64,000 bases of DNA, from contig JBMFNR010000001.1 in the NCBI GenBank assembly GCA_049970055.1, forward strand, positions 384,001 to 448,000, written 5' to 3'. Positions within the stretch are counted from its first letter, which is position 1. Each line of letters starts with the position of its first letter. Below are positions 29,973 to 39,673 of the stretch, piece by piece. The stretch comes from Fervidobacterium sp. GTDB taxonomy: Bacteria > Thermotogota > Thermotogae > Thermotogales > Fervidobacteriaceae. Below the pieces are notes generated by a model. The model was not told where the DNA came from. It made no database searches and saw only the letters and a program-made list of their open reading frames with translations. Made by a program: the position numbers and the translations under genes.

Positions 29973-31082
29973 TTACCAGTGGAGTACTTCTTTCTCAGTT
30001 TCTTTGTCAAAGATATTCATTGTCGTCATATCAAACACAAGGTCAATCTTCTGCCCTTCCTTAGCTTGGCTTTTTGCGTTGACTCTTGCAACAAGTTTAT
30101 CTTCACCAACAACAACGTGGAGTAATGTTTCGCTACCAAGAGGTTCAACAACGTCTACTGTAACTTCTGCCGTATTTTCAGGTTTCGGAGCAATTGCGAA
30201 CATCTTGTCATAGATGTTTTCAGGCCTAATACCGAAAATTATATCTTTATCAACATATTTTGAAAGTTTTTCTTCGTATTCAGCAGGTACTTTCAATTTT
30301 AACCCACTTGTCTTAACCCAAAGTCCGCCTTCGTCTCTAATTATCTTTCCTTCTAAGAAGTTCATTGAAGGACTACCAATGAATCCAGCAACAAAGACAT
30401 TGGCAGGTCTGTTATACACTTCGTATGGGGTGCCAATTTGTTGAATAACTCCATCTTTCATAATAACAATTTTATCTGCCATTGTCATGGCTTCAACTTG
30501 GTCGTGGGTAACGTAAACAATCGTTGCCTCAAGTCTTGAATGTAATTTCTTCAATTCAGCTCTCATTTGAACACGCAATTTTGCGTCAAGGTTTGAGAGA
30601 GGTTCGTCAAAGAGGAATACCTTTGGGTTTCTAACGATCGCTCTTCCAACGGCAACTCTTTGCCTTTGACCGCCTGATAATTGCCTCGGTTTTCTGTCAA
30701 GCAAGTGTTCAATTTCGAGAATTTTTGCCGCCTCTTTAACTCTTCTTTCAATCTCATCTTTTGGAACCTTTCTCAATTTCAAACCAAATGCCATATTTTC
30801 ATATACGGTCATGTGAGGGTAAAGTGCATAATTTTGGAAAACAAAAGCGATGTCCCTATCTTTCGGCTCAACATCGTTAACAACTTTTCCATTGATCTTG
30901 ATCTCACCTTTTGTTATTTCCTCAAGACCAGCGATCATTCTGAGTGTTGTTGTCTTTCCGCATCCTGATGGTCCAAGTAAAACGACGAACTCCTTGTCTT
31001 CGACCACAAAATTAGCGTCTTTGACGGCCTCGACTTTACCTTCATAAATTTTCCAAACATGTTCGAGTACAACTTGCGCCAT
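29973..31082 (-). CDS. malK: MalK/MsmX-type sugar ABC ATPase
   Basis: GPSGCGKTT, FQNYALYPH, LSGGQRQR, DEPLSNLDAKLR and a C-terminal TOBE region. Confidence 0.92.
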   Translation of the reverse strand: MAQVVLEHVWKIYEGKVEAVKDANFVVEDKEFVVLLGPSGCGKTTTLRMIAGLEEITKGEIKINGKVVNDVEPKDRDIAFVFQNYALYPHMTVYENMAFGLKLRKVPKDEIERRVKEAAKILEIEHLLDRKPRQLSGGQRQRVAVGRAIVRNPKVFLFDEPLSNLDAKLRVQMRAELKKLHSRLEATIVYVTHDQVEAMTMADKIVIMKDGVIQQIGTPYEVYNRPANVFVAGFIGSPSMNFLEGKIIRDEGGLWVKTSGLKLKVPAEYEEKLSKYVDKDIIFGIRPENIYDKMFAIAPKPENTAEVTVDVVEPLGSETLLHVVVGEDKLVARVNAKSQAKEGQKIDLVFDMTTMNIFDKETEKEVLHW

Positions 31083-31124
31083 AAACTTAACCTCCTTGTA
31101 TGATTAATAATAAGCTGTAGTCTA

Positions 31125-31382
31125 TTATTCATCCTCTTTGTCAAATAAATCTTCCAACTTTAAATCTTTAAAGAAAGACGGATCTCCCAAATCTAACAGA
31201 TAAAGATCCCACACTTTGTCGATAAAATCAAGAATCTTATTGTACTTCTCATAACCAATTACAACTGATGTGGGTTTACCATTTTTTGTAATTATTACAT
31301 CGATCTTTTCTGATTTATCAACAATTTCGGAAAATCTTGCTTTTGCGTCCGCTAACGAGTAAAACTCCTGCTTGGGCCTCAT
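31125..31382 (-). CDS. Phd/YefM-family antitoxin-like protein with no adjacent toxin
   Basis: SLADAKARFSEIVD...VIITKNGKP signature; acidic tail. Confidence 0.8.
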   Translation of the reverse strand: MRPKQEFYSLADAKARFSEIVDKSEKIDVIITKNGKPTSVVIGYEKYNKILDFIDKVWDLYLLDLGDPSFFKDLKLEDLFDKEDE

Positions 31383-31394
31383 ACGATCTCCCCC

Positions 31395-31414
31395 TTGACT
31401 ATAATTATAGTCAA
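31395..31414. promoter_or_regulatory. Perfect 20-bp palindrome, putative operator
   Basis: TTGACTATAATTATAGTCAA, containing TATAAT on both strands, just upstream of the Phd gene SD. Confidence 0.7.
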
Positions 31415-31500
31415 ATTTGCCTCAAAAGTAAAGTGAAAAGTGTTATGTTACCTAAAAGTTACGTAAAAGAAATATAAAAACGGAATGTCTGGTGTAAAAT

Positions 31501-31516
31501 TTGACTGAACGGTCAA
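31501..31516. promoter_or_regulatory. Putative TetR-type operator
   Basis: TTGAC-TGAACG-GTCAA right after a TAAAAT -10-like hexamer, upstream of the radical SAM-tetR unit. Confidence 0.6.
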
Positions 31517-31551
31517 TAAAATTTAGTGGGTACAAAAGGAGGAGAGGTATT

Positions 31552-33000
31552 ATGGCAGTAGGCGGATTAAAGGGTATGGTTTATCATCAGGCTGGTAAGT
31601 TAGTTTCTTCTGTTATTAGAAAGGCGGACACTCAAACATTTGCTAAGCTACTTTTTACAGTGGCAGCGTTGAGTAAAGAACCGGCTAAGAGTGGATTAAA
31701 AAAGCTTGGCCTCATGGCTCAGGAAGAACATCCCATGATTAAAAAGTGGATAAATATATTCCAAAAATCTTCGCCACAAGCGGTTGAGAAGATCATTAAT
31801 AACTTGATTATCAATGAGTTTGCCATTGGTGAACCACACAGGCAAAAAATGATGCACGAACACAAAGTTGTACTTCCCAAACTCGGGGTCATAAGTCCAA
31901 CATATGCTTGTAACCTTAACTGTGTCGGATGCTATGCAGGATTGTATGGAAGAAAATACGAACTAACGAAGGATGAAGTCAGAAGTGTTCTTAAACAGGG
32001 TGAAGAACTCGGAATTTATTTTTGGGTTATAACTGGTGGCGAACCGTTCTATTGGCCACATCTAATGGAGATACTTGAGGAGTTCAGTGAACATTACTTC
32101 ATGATCTACTCCAATGGTATACTGATTACAGAAGAAAAAGCTGAGAAACTTGCAAAACTTGGAAATGCAACCATATCCATATCTGTTGAAGGATTCGAAG
32201 CTGAAACAGACTGGAGGAGAGGGCACGGAGTCTTCAGAGCTATCCAAAATACATGGGAAAGATTGAGAAGATATGGTGTGCCATTTGGGGCAAGTGTAAC
32301 TGCAACAAGGATGAATCACGATATAATAATGAAAGACGAGTTTTGGAATTTCTTAGAGGAAAATGGAGTAAATTATGTTTGGATTTATCAATTCATGCCA
32401 GTAGGTCAAGATCCGATCATGGACCTTGTTCCTACACCACAGCAAAGGTACGAAAGATTTTTCAAAACTGAAGAAATGAGACTCAGTGGAAGGTTTGCAT
32501 TTGTGGCAGATTTTTGGAACCATGGTTTCTTAACCCATGGGTGTTTGTCGGCAGGGGCCAAGTACTTCCATGTTAATGCAAAAGGTTACGTTGAACCATG
32601 TGTGTTCCAACAATTTGCAGTTGATAGTATTAGGGAAAAAACGTTGCTTGAGATCTTCAAGTCGCCGTTTTTTGAAGCATACAAGAGAGCGATACCATTC
32701 TCGAATAACCTTTTCAGACCATGCCCAATAATAGATAATCCTAAGGTATTCAGAGCTATGGTTAAGAACTTCAATGCGATACCGCAACACGAGGGTTCTG
32801 AGAAAACAGTTACGGAATTAGCACCGCAGCTTGACCAACTTGCAGAAGAATGGAAAAAGTACGCAGACAAGCTTTGGTATGAATATGGATACGTGGAAAG
32901 GTATCCCGTCAATAGAGGTATATACAACTACGAGACAAGAATGAAAAGATACGCAAACAGAGAAGAAGCACTTAAAGTTGATAAAAAGTTAAATGTTTAA
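31552..33000 (+). CDS. Radical SAM protein with an N-terminal extension and a SPASM/twitch-like C-terminus
   Basis: CNLNCVGC, TGGEPF, GCLSAG...EPCVF...RPCP; ATG at 31552 with an AGGAGG SD. Confidence 0.9.
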   Translation: MAVGGLKGMVYHQAGKLVSSVIRKADTQTFAKLLFTVAALSKEPAKSGLKKLGLMAQEEHPMIKKWINIFQKSSPQAVEKIINNLIINEFAIGEPHRQKMMHEHKVVLPKLGVISPTYACNLNCVGCYAGLYGRKYELTKDEVRSVLKQGEELGIYFWVITGGEPFYWPHLMEILEEFSEHYFMIYSNGILITEEKAEKLAKLGNATISISVEGFEAETDWRRGHGVFRAIQNTWERLRRYGVPFGASVTATRMNHDIIMKDEFWNFLEENGVNYVWIYQFMPVGQDPIMDLVPTPQQRYERFFKTEEMRLSGRFAFVADFWNHGFLTHGCLSAGAKYFHVNAKGYVEPCVFQQFAVDSIREKTLLEIFKSPFFEAYKRAIPFSNNLFRPCPIIDNPKVFRAMVKNFNAIPQHEGSEKTVTELAPQLDQLAEEWKKYADKLWYEYGYVERYPVNRGIYNYETRMKRYANREEALKVDKKLNV

Positions 33001-33055
33001 CTGAATTGATTTTATTCACAACTTATTTGTGTCTCATACAGGAGGCATGTATAAA

Positions 33056-33646
33056 TTGGCTGAGAAAACTGTTCGAATTCACAGTAGCAATAAAACAAAG
33101 GAAAAGATAATAGAAGCTGCACGAAAATTATTCTCTGAAAAAGGGTTCGAAGGTGTCAGCATGGAGGACATTGCGCTCACCGCTGGTGTGCGCAAGTCTC
33201 TTATTTATTACTATTTTCCGAGCAAAGAACTACTTTTTGAAGAGGTTTGGATTAGCGTTATTGATGAATTGGAAAGAGATGTATTTGAAGAGGTAGAAAA
33301 TGAGAATAGTATAGTGAAAGCGATAAAAAAGTTAATAAAAAAATATGTCGAATTTGCAATGAATAAAGAAGAACTGAGCAAACTGATCGCAAAAGAAAGA
33401 ATGAATGTGCTTGAAAGTTCCCAAAATCTTTCGAAAGCCAAAAGTAGATATGAGAAACTACTTGATAAGGTGCAGAAAATATTTGAAAGAGGTAAACAAG
33501 AAAATGTTTTAAACGATGTTGATCCTTTAACAGCAACTGAAATTATCTCTTCTGTTGATTCTATTCCCAGAAAAAGCTTACTAAAAAGCATTGAAGAATT
33601 TTTGGTGAGGGTTATACTCAAAGAAAAAGCGGAACCTACGAAATAG
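33056..33646 (+). CDS. TetR/AcrR family regulator
   Basis: IIEAARKLFSEKGF...DIA...GVRKSLIYYYFPSKE helix-turn-helix; start uncertain (33029-33056). Confidence 0.92.
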   Translation: MAEKTVRIHSSNKTKEKIIEAARKLFSEKGFEGVSMEDIALTAGVRKSLIYYYFPSKELLFEEVWISVIDELERDVFEEVENENSIVKAIKKLIKKYVEFAMNKEELSKLIAKERMNVLESSQNLSKAKSRYEKLLDKVQKIFERGKQENVLNDVDPLTATEIISSVDSIPRKSLLKSIEEFLVRVILKEKAEPTK

Positions 33647-33666
33647 AAATGAGAGGGTGCCGATAG

Positions 33667-34863
33667 ATGGGAGAAAATCAAAGCTCATCAAAACTTATAA
33701 AGAAAAACGCATTTTATTTCATTATATTAATGGGTTTAGTGAGTTTGTTCAGTGATATTACATACGAAGGTGCAAGAAGCCTTGTTGGTCCATATCTTGG
33801 ACTACTTGGTGCGTCAGCTTTTGTTGTTAGTGCAGTCGCAGGATTTGGAGAGCTCCTCGGATACACACTGAGGTTTCTAACTGGGAAACTCGTAGACAGG
33901 ACAAAAAAGTATTGGTTCTTCGCTATACTCGGTTACTCAGTGAACCTTCTTGTGGTTCCGACACTTGCATTAACTAGGCACTGGGCCTTGGCAGCTATAT
34001 TGGTGATTTTAGAAAGAGTTGGTAAAGCGCTCAGAAAACCGGCAAAAGATACAATAACATCATTTGCAAGTAGCCAAGTTGGTTATGGGACTGGATTTGC
34101 GATAGAAGAGTTCATGGATCAAATTGGTGCAACGATCGGACCACTTTTTATGAGTGTGACCATAGCAAACAGTATAAAATTTGAAACAATAGATGCGTAC
34201 AGAAAAGCATTCTCATTTTTAGTTTTTCCGGCACTTATAACAATAGGGGTAATACTCATCGCAAAAGTTTTGGTTCCAAATCCTGAAAAAATGGAAAAGT
34301 CTCAAGAAATAAAAACAACAACAAAACTTGATAAAACTTTCTACACGTATTTGATCGGGATTTCACTAGTAGCTTTTGGATTTGCCGATTTTGCTTTGAT
34401 CGGATTTCATGCGCAGAGGATGAATTTGCTTTCTCCGGTATTTATTCCAATTGCATATATGGTAGCAATGATCGTTGATGCTTTTGCTGCGTTGATTTTT
34501 GGACGACTATTCGATAAATTTGGTATTAGTATTTTGGCTCTTTCAACGTTTATTAGTGCATTTTATGCTGTCTTATCATTTGGTAATAACGCAACCTCAA
34601 TTATGGTAGGCTCAGTACTTTGGGGAATTGGTATGGGAGCGCAGGAATCTATAATGAAAGCAAGTGTTGCTAAGCTTGTGAGCAAAGAAAGTCGAGCCAC
34701 CGCGTATGGGTTCTTTAACGCTGTGTTTGGAATAGCCTGGTTTGTTGGAAGTGCAGTGCTTGGTATTCTGTACGCAGTGAATGTAAAAACGCTTATCTTA
34801 ACTTCTACTATTGCAGAACTGTCCGCTTGTGCGGTTATATTAACAGTCAAGAAGAAGAAATAA
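33667..34863 (+). CDS. MFS transporter
   Basis: About 12 TM; GKLVDR and GRLFDKFG motif A copies; ERVGKALR. Confidence 0.9.
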   Translation: MGENQSSSKLIKKNAFYFIILMGLVSLFSDITYEGARSLVGPYLGLLGASAFVVSAVAGFGELLGYTLRFLTGKLVDRTKKYWFFAILGYSVNLLVVPTLALTRHWALAAILVILERVGKALRKPAKDTITSFASSQVGYGTGFAIEEFMDQIGATIGPLFMSVTIANSIKFETIDAYRKAFSFLVFPALITIGVILIAKVLVPNPEKMEKSQEIKTTTKLDKTFYTYLIGISLVAFGFADFALIGFHAQRMNLLSPVFIPIAYMVAMIVDAFAALIFGRLFDKFGISILALSTFISAFYAVLSFGNNATSIMVGSVLWGIGMGAQESIMKASVAKLVSKESRATAYGFFNAVFGIAWFVGSAVLGILYAVNVKTLILTSTIAELSACAVILTVKKKK

Positions 34864-34887
34864 TTCCGCAAATTTCAAAGTTCAAAA

Positions 34888-34918
34888 CAAAAAGGGATGC
34901 GATTGCATCCCTTTTATT
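34888..34918. terminator. Bidirectional terminator between convergent genes
   Basis: AAAAGGGATGC-GATT-GCATCCCTTTT. Confidence 0.8.
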
Positions 34919-34944
34919 TATTCATTTTTCATTCTTACCTTTTG

Positions 34945-35304
34945 TTACTTTCTCTTTGTTACTCCCTGCTTTTTGTCGAGTCTTCTTTTGTACTCTGAAT
35001 ATGTTTTCTGACTGTCCTTGAGAAACTTCGCAAGTTTCTTTTCGAACTCTTCCTTTTTAGCTTCAGCTTGATTTTCTTGTGGTTCTTCTTTTAAGGAAAG
35101 TTCCCATTTACCGTCTCTCCCTTTTCCAACTACTTTGGCTTCCACCTCTTGCCCCACTTTTAAGAAATCCTCAACCTTTTGAACATATTGATTAGAAATC
35201 TTCGAAATGTGGACAAACCCTTTTTCTCCGTTTTCTAATTCGACGTTTGCTCCGAATTTGAGTACTTCCGTTACCTTACCTTTTACTACTTGGCCAACTT
35301 CCAT
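34945..35304 (-). CDS. Single S1-domain RNA-binding protein (YabR/YugI-like)
   Basis: GQVVKGKV, FGANV, GFVHIS, LSLK, FEKKLAKFLKDS. Confidence 0.88.
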   Translation of the reverse strand: MEVGQVVKGKVTEVLKFGANVELENGEKGFVHISKISNQYVQKVEDFLKVGQEVEAKVVGKGRDGKWELSLKEEPQENQAEAKKEEFEKKLAKFLKDSQKTYSEYKRRLDKKQGVTKRK

Positions 35305-35357
35305 AAAATATAACCCTCCTGAAAAGTTAGATTGGAAGATGTACACTTAGTTAAATA

Positions 35358-35570
35358 TCAATACTTGCCTTCAAACTTCTTTTTAAATTTCTGGACACGC
35401 CCTTCTGTATCTACTATCAGTCCTGCACCTCCACTTCCTTTGTAAAGCGGATGGCAATTAGAACATACATCTACCTTGAGCTGATCTTTTGTAGTCCAGA
35501 GTTTGTGTTCTGCACCACACGCACATCTAACTGTTAAAAGCTTCATTTCTGGGTGTATACCCTTTTTCAA
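35358..35570 (-). CDS. rpmE: 50S ribosomal protein L31 (Zn-binding type)
   Basis: MKKGIHP, CACG, CSNCHP, GRVQKF. Confidence 0.95.
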   Translation of the reverse strand: MKKGIHPEMKLLTVRCACGAEHKLWTTKDQLKVDVCSNCHPLYKGSGGAGLIVDTEGRVQKFKKKFEGKY

Positions 35571-35656
35571 CTTGCTTCACCTCTCCTCAAATTTTTTGAC
35601 CGTTTAATCACGTTATATATTATCACTTTTCCCAGAATTTTTCAAGTCGTATATTT

Positions 35657-37471
35657 TTAAATTTTTACTTCTTTAAAATTCTCCTGGATAGTGTTGAGTA
35701 ATGCGATTGTCTGTCTCACATTTGCGAAGACCTGATTGAGCTCGTCTAAAAACCTTTGGATTGAAGCGCTGATTTCTTCGGCAGTAGCCGAGCTTTCTTC
35801 CGATATTGCAAGTAAGTTTTGTATACTTGTCGTTATTGCTTCAAGCTTTTGTGTTTCGTTATTTAAAGTTTCAACCAAGCTATTCAGCTGAACTGTTATT
35901 TGTGAAATGATTTCACTTGATTCTTTGCTCTGGGCGGCACTATCTGAGAGGTTTGTGGACTGCTTTTTTAATTCCTCATAGCCTTTAACAACGCTCTGGC
36001 TAAGCTTGTCTATTCCACCTGAGATGGTACCCAAGAACTGGGAAATCTTCACCGCGGAAGCTTTGCTTTCTTCTGCTAGTTTTCTAATTTCATCAGCCAC
36101 AACCGCAAATCCTCTACCAGCTTCTCCACTTCTTGCCGCTTCAATAGCTGCGTTGAGCGCAAGTAAGTTCGTTTGCTCAGCGATGCTCATAACGGTATTG
36201 GCAATATCCATAATTGCACTTGCTTGGTTTCTAAGTTCCTCGCTTTCCTTAGCAATACCTTCGAATTCTTTACTCATCAAATTCATTCCGGAAGCCGAGC
36301 CTTCTACGCTTTTTGCAGCTGTGATGATTTTTTGAACAGCAATATTTAGATTACTGATAATCTGGTTTTGCTGGCTAATCGTTCTTGAAATGGTATCAAC
36401 ATTCGAGGAGACAGCTTCGGATATTCTTTCAGCGTCATTACTTATTTGTACGGCAGTATCCGCAACTTGACCAGATAATTCTTTCATAGTATCGATCTGC
36501 TCCTGGACAACGTTTGAAGATTCTAAAGTTCTTTTAGCAAATGCCATTATTTCTTCGGTATCGCCTTGTAATCCAATCAAGAATTCTCTTAAAGTGAAAA
36601 GAGCATCACTATTTTCCTTAGAAATGTTTTCAAAGTCCTTTTCACCTGTAAGAACAACTACTCTGTTGAAATCTTTTTCCTTGAAAACCTGTGGTATTTC
36701 CTTAATCCCTTCGATGCCTTTCTTATAGTCATGCAAACCCAAATATACACCAATAAGCACTGCAACTCCTGTGGCGAGTGAACCAAACAAGGGTCCTAAT
36801 AAAGAAGTAAAAAGCCAAGAAAAAACAAAGGTCAGTAGAGGAAACACCACTGTGTAAGTGGACACAAAGGACTTAAGCAGCCCCAGTGAGAAAACTTTGT
36901 AACTATTCAACTTTACTTTTTTTCCATAAGGTTTTGTTGAAACAATTTTAACTTCGATGAAGGAACCGGAATTTGAAGATCCTTGGTTTAGCACTTCTAT
37001 TTTTAATGGATCGTTGAAAAATTCTGATGCACCCTTCAAAAGTCCAAGAAAATAATACCTAAAGTCCCTCGTTGATTCGTATTTAACTATGGCTGTTTTT
37101 TCATCGATGTAATTGAAGATTATCCTAGGAGGCCTTGCCCCCGAGATTCGCCTTGTTAGTGCTCTGTGTACGCTGTCCATCGCATTCAAAAATGACATAC
37201 ATCCGTTTTTCTTAAAATAGTTTGGATAGAATGAGTGAAATGAGCGTATATTATTGAAACCCGTTTCCTCCCACAATTGTTCATATGTTTTGCCTACTTT
37301 CTGCGCTAATCTTTGAGAGAACTTTACAACCAAATCATCAGGTATATCATTTGTTGGAACAAGAAGCTTGAATGTATCGATCTTAAATTCATCGATGAGC
37401 TGATTCACGGCAGATTCTCCATAAAGCTTTTTCCAAGTATTTATCCAAATGTTCATGACGAAACTCTTCAT
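35657..37471 (-). CDS. H-NOX heme-domain methyl-accepting chemotaxis protein
   Basis: N-terminal H-NOX (MDSVH, PP, YESTR), two TM helices, MCP signature [38 protein letters not shown]. Confidence 0.92.
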   Translation of the reverse strand: MKSFVMNIWINTWKKLYGESAVNQLIDEFKIDTFKLLVPTNDIPDDLVVKFSQRLAQKVGKTYEQLWEETGFNNIRSFHSFYPNYFKKNGCMSFLNAMDSVHRALTRRISGARPPRIIFNYIDEKTAIVKYESTRDFRYYFLGLLKGASEFFNDPLKIEVLNQGSSNSGSFIEVKIVSTKPYGKKVKLNSYKVFSLGLLKSFVSTYTVVFPLLTFVFSWLFTSLLGPLFGSLATGVAVLIGVYLGLHDYKKGIEGIKEIPQVFKEKDFNRVVVLTGEKDFENISKENSDALFTLREFLIGLQGDTEEIMAFAKRTLESSNVVQEQIDTMKELSGQVADTAVQISNDAERISEAVSSNVDTISRTISQQNQIISNLNIAVQKIITAAKSVEGSASGMNLMSKEFEGIAKESEELRNQASAIMDIANTVMSIAEQTNLLALNAAIEAARSGEAGRGFAVVADEIRKLAEESKASAVKISQFLGTISGGIDKLSQSVVKGYEELKKQSTNLSDSAAQSKESSEIISQITVQLNSLVETLNNETQKLEAITTSIQNLLAISEESSATAEEISASIQRFLDELNQVFANVRQTIALLNTIQENFKEVKI

Positions 37472-37584
37472 AAGATCCACACCTCCATTTAACTATTTCA
37501 AATGTATCAAATATATGCTATAATAACAATTATAACATAAAGTGACAAAAAAAAGCAAATATATACTTTTGAGGAGGTCTTCTT

Positions 37585-38268
37585 ATGTGTAGAATGGCAG
37601 GTTTTAGTTTTAACACACCTCAAAATATCAGCAACATAATTGGCTTTACAAAAATAATGGCTCAATTTGGTATAGAGTCTCCGCACAACGATGGTTGGGG
37701 ATGCGTCCTCTCAGATGGTTCAAAAACGTTGCAGTACAAATCGATTAAACCCATATATCAAGATGATTTAGGTTTGACAAAAATTGATGAAGAATTCAAA
37801 ATTGGTATAATTCACGCACGCTTAGCATCGAAAGGATTGCCTAAAACAACTCTCCAGCTCCATCCGTTCCACAAAAAAGGTATGTACTTCGCACATAATG
37901 GCACGATAAAGAGCGCAAAGAGAGAAAATGTCTATCAAAGTGACACTTATGAATATTTTGAGAATATATCAGAATTTAAATCATTATATGAACTTGCCAA
38001 AAATATTGAATCTTTTGCTAAAGAAAATGAATTTACCGGTATGAACTTTATTATATTTGACGAAATAGAAGAAACCTTGTACGTTTGTTGTTTGTACAAA
38101 GACACTCCAAAAAATAGAGAGTACTTTACGCTTCATTATTACGAAGAAGATGGAAATTTCATCGTGTATTCAGAGAAGTACTCTCCTCATTTTAAACCTA
38201 TGGAGAATGGAGAAATTTTCAAAATTAGAGATGGAAAAATCACTGAAAAAGCTATGATTAATCTTTAA
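37585..38268 (+). CDS. Class II glutamine amidotransferase-like protein (YafJ/EgtC-like)
   Basis: MCRM N-terminal Cys, HNDGWG, HARLAS, HPF, AHNG, SDT. Confidence 0.85.
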   Translation: MCRMAGFSFNTPQNISNIIGFTKIMAQFGIESPHNDGWGCVLSDGSKTLQYKSIKPIYQDDLGLTKIDEEFKIGIIHARLASKGLPKTTLQLHPFHKKGMYFAHNGTIKSAKRENVYQSDTYEYFENISEFKSLYELAKNIESFAKENEFTGMNFIIFDEIEETLYVCCLYKDTPKNREYFTLHYYEEDGNFIVYSEKYSPHFKPMENGEIFKIRDGKITEKAMINL

Positions 38269-39541
38269 CCACGTCTCCACGCTTGACAAATTGTAAAGTT
38301 ATAACAGATAGTGTTAGAAATATTATCGATAAAATAAAAAGCGTTCCATAACCGACTTTATCTATAAAGAAACCTGCAAGTGGTGGAGCTATGATATTTG
38401 CTGTCATTGAAAAGAAATAGTAAAGCCCCGTATACCCACCGACTTTTTCAGCATCTGTCATATCAACAATCGTAGGCAAGGAGTTCACATTTATCATTGC
38501 CCAACCAATGCCACCAACAGCAAAGAGTAGAAAATAAACTCTTGTTATAAAAGATACATCATTTGCCACGTTCCCGATGACAAATGCTAAGACTAAGATA
38601 ACTATAACTGTTGTTAAACCCACCGTCATTATTTTTTTTCTCCCAAACTTTGTACCTATGTATCCCGCAGGAATTGCGAACAACATGAAACTTAATGAAA
38701 AAAATCCAAGAATGAGCGCACCCGTACTTTCCGTAATTCCAATTTTGAATTTAGCATAACTTGTAAAAAATGTTTCAATTGCATTGTATCCGATGAACCA
38801 CAATAATATTGATAATAGCATCATTAATAAACTTTTTTCTGTTGATAGAAAAACATCTTTTAAATTGATACTCAGTTCCGACACAGTTTTACGGTAAACA
38901 TTTTCAAATTTTATCTTTTCAACACCCTTAACTTTGTACCTCTCATCTTCTTTTATGAAAATCACAACCAAGAGTTGGGAAACTAACAAAATCAAAGCGC
39001 CAGCATAAAATGGTAAACCGTAATTCTTATCGTAAAGGGGTTTACCTGCGAAATAAGCAAGTAGAGCACCGATTCCACCCATGAAGTTTATAACGCCATT
39101 TGCTTGACTCCGGTATTCAGAGGGTGTTATATCTGGCATAAGTGCTATGACGGGTGATCTAAAAAGCGCCATGAAGAAATTCATACAAATAATATTAAAC
39201 ATCATGATCCAAAGTAGTTGAGTATCTCTTGTTATTGGTATCAAACCAAATGTAATTGCTGCTAATGGTGCTCCTACAACTATGTACGGCATTCTTCTTC
39301 CTAGCTTAGTTCTTGTTTGGTCGCTCATAACACCGATAAGTGGAAGCATAATTATGGCAAATAAATTATCAATCGTCATGACAAAACCAATAACTGTTGA
39401 TGAGAGGCTGAAATCTTTTAAGAAAATTGGTACGTACGCATTATAAAGTGGCCAAACAGTACTTATACCAAAAAATCCAAAGCCGAGCAGTAAAAGAGTT
39501 TTGAAGTTAAATCTAGAAACCTTCGCGCCTTTCAGTTCCAT
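38258..39541 (-). CDS. MFS sugar transporter (maltose/SLC45-like)
   Basis: SDQTRTKLGRRMPY, ALMPDITP, GGYTGLYY. Confidence 0.85.
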   Translation of the reverse strand: MELKGAKVSRFNFKTLLLLGFGFFGISTVWPLYNAYVPIFLKDFSLSSTVIGFVMTIDNLFAIIMLPLIGVMSDQTRTKLGRRMPYIVVGAPLAAITFGLIPITRDTQLLWIMMFNIICMNFFMALFRSPVIALMPDITPSEYRSQANGVINFMGGIGALLAYFAGKPLYDKNYGLPFYAGALILLVSQLLVVIFIKEDERYKVKGVEKIKFENVYRKTVSELSINLKDVFLSTEKSLLMMLLSILLWFIGYNAIETFFTSYAKFKIGITESTGALILGFFSLSFMLFAIPAGYIGTKFGRKKIMTVGLTTVIVILVLAFVIGNVANDVSFITRVYFLLFAVGGIGWAMINVNSLPTIVDMTDAEKVGGYTGLYYFFSMTANIIAPPLAGFFIDKVGYGTLFILSIIFLTLSVITLQFVKRGDVVKD

Positions 39542-39612
39542 ACATCTCCCCCCTTATCTTTATGTGTTATTGAAATTATTTGGACAATGATAGTCTATCA
39601 CAAATGTGTTAA

Positions 39613-39651
39613 AAAACAAAAAGCGGTCCGAAAAGGACCGCTTTTTGTTTT
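39613..39651 (-). terminator. Intrinsic terminator after the NCS2 permease
   Basis: AAAACAAAAAGCGGTCC-GAAAA-GGACCGCTTTTTGTTTT. Confidence 0.85.
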
Positions 39652-39673
39652 GCTTTTTGTTTTTGAATTATTG

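Noticed and set aside
31383..31551. RiPP precursor peptide for the radical SAM/SPASM enzyme
   Set aside because: I saw no short ORF with an SD in the flanking gaps; the space holds promoter and operator elements.
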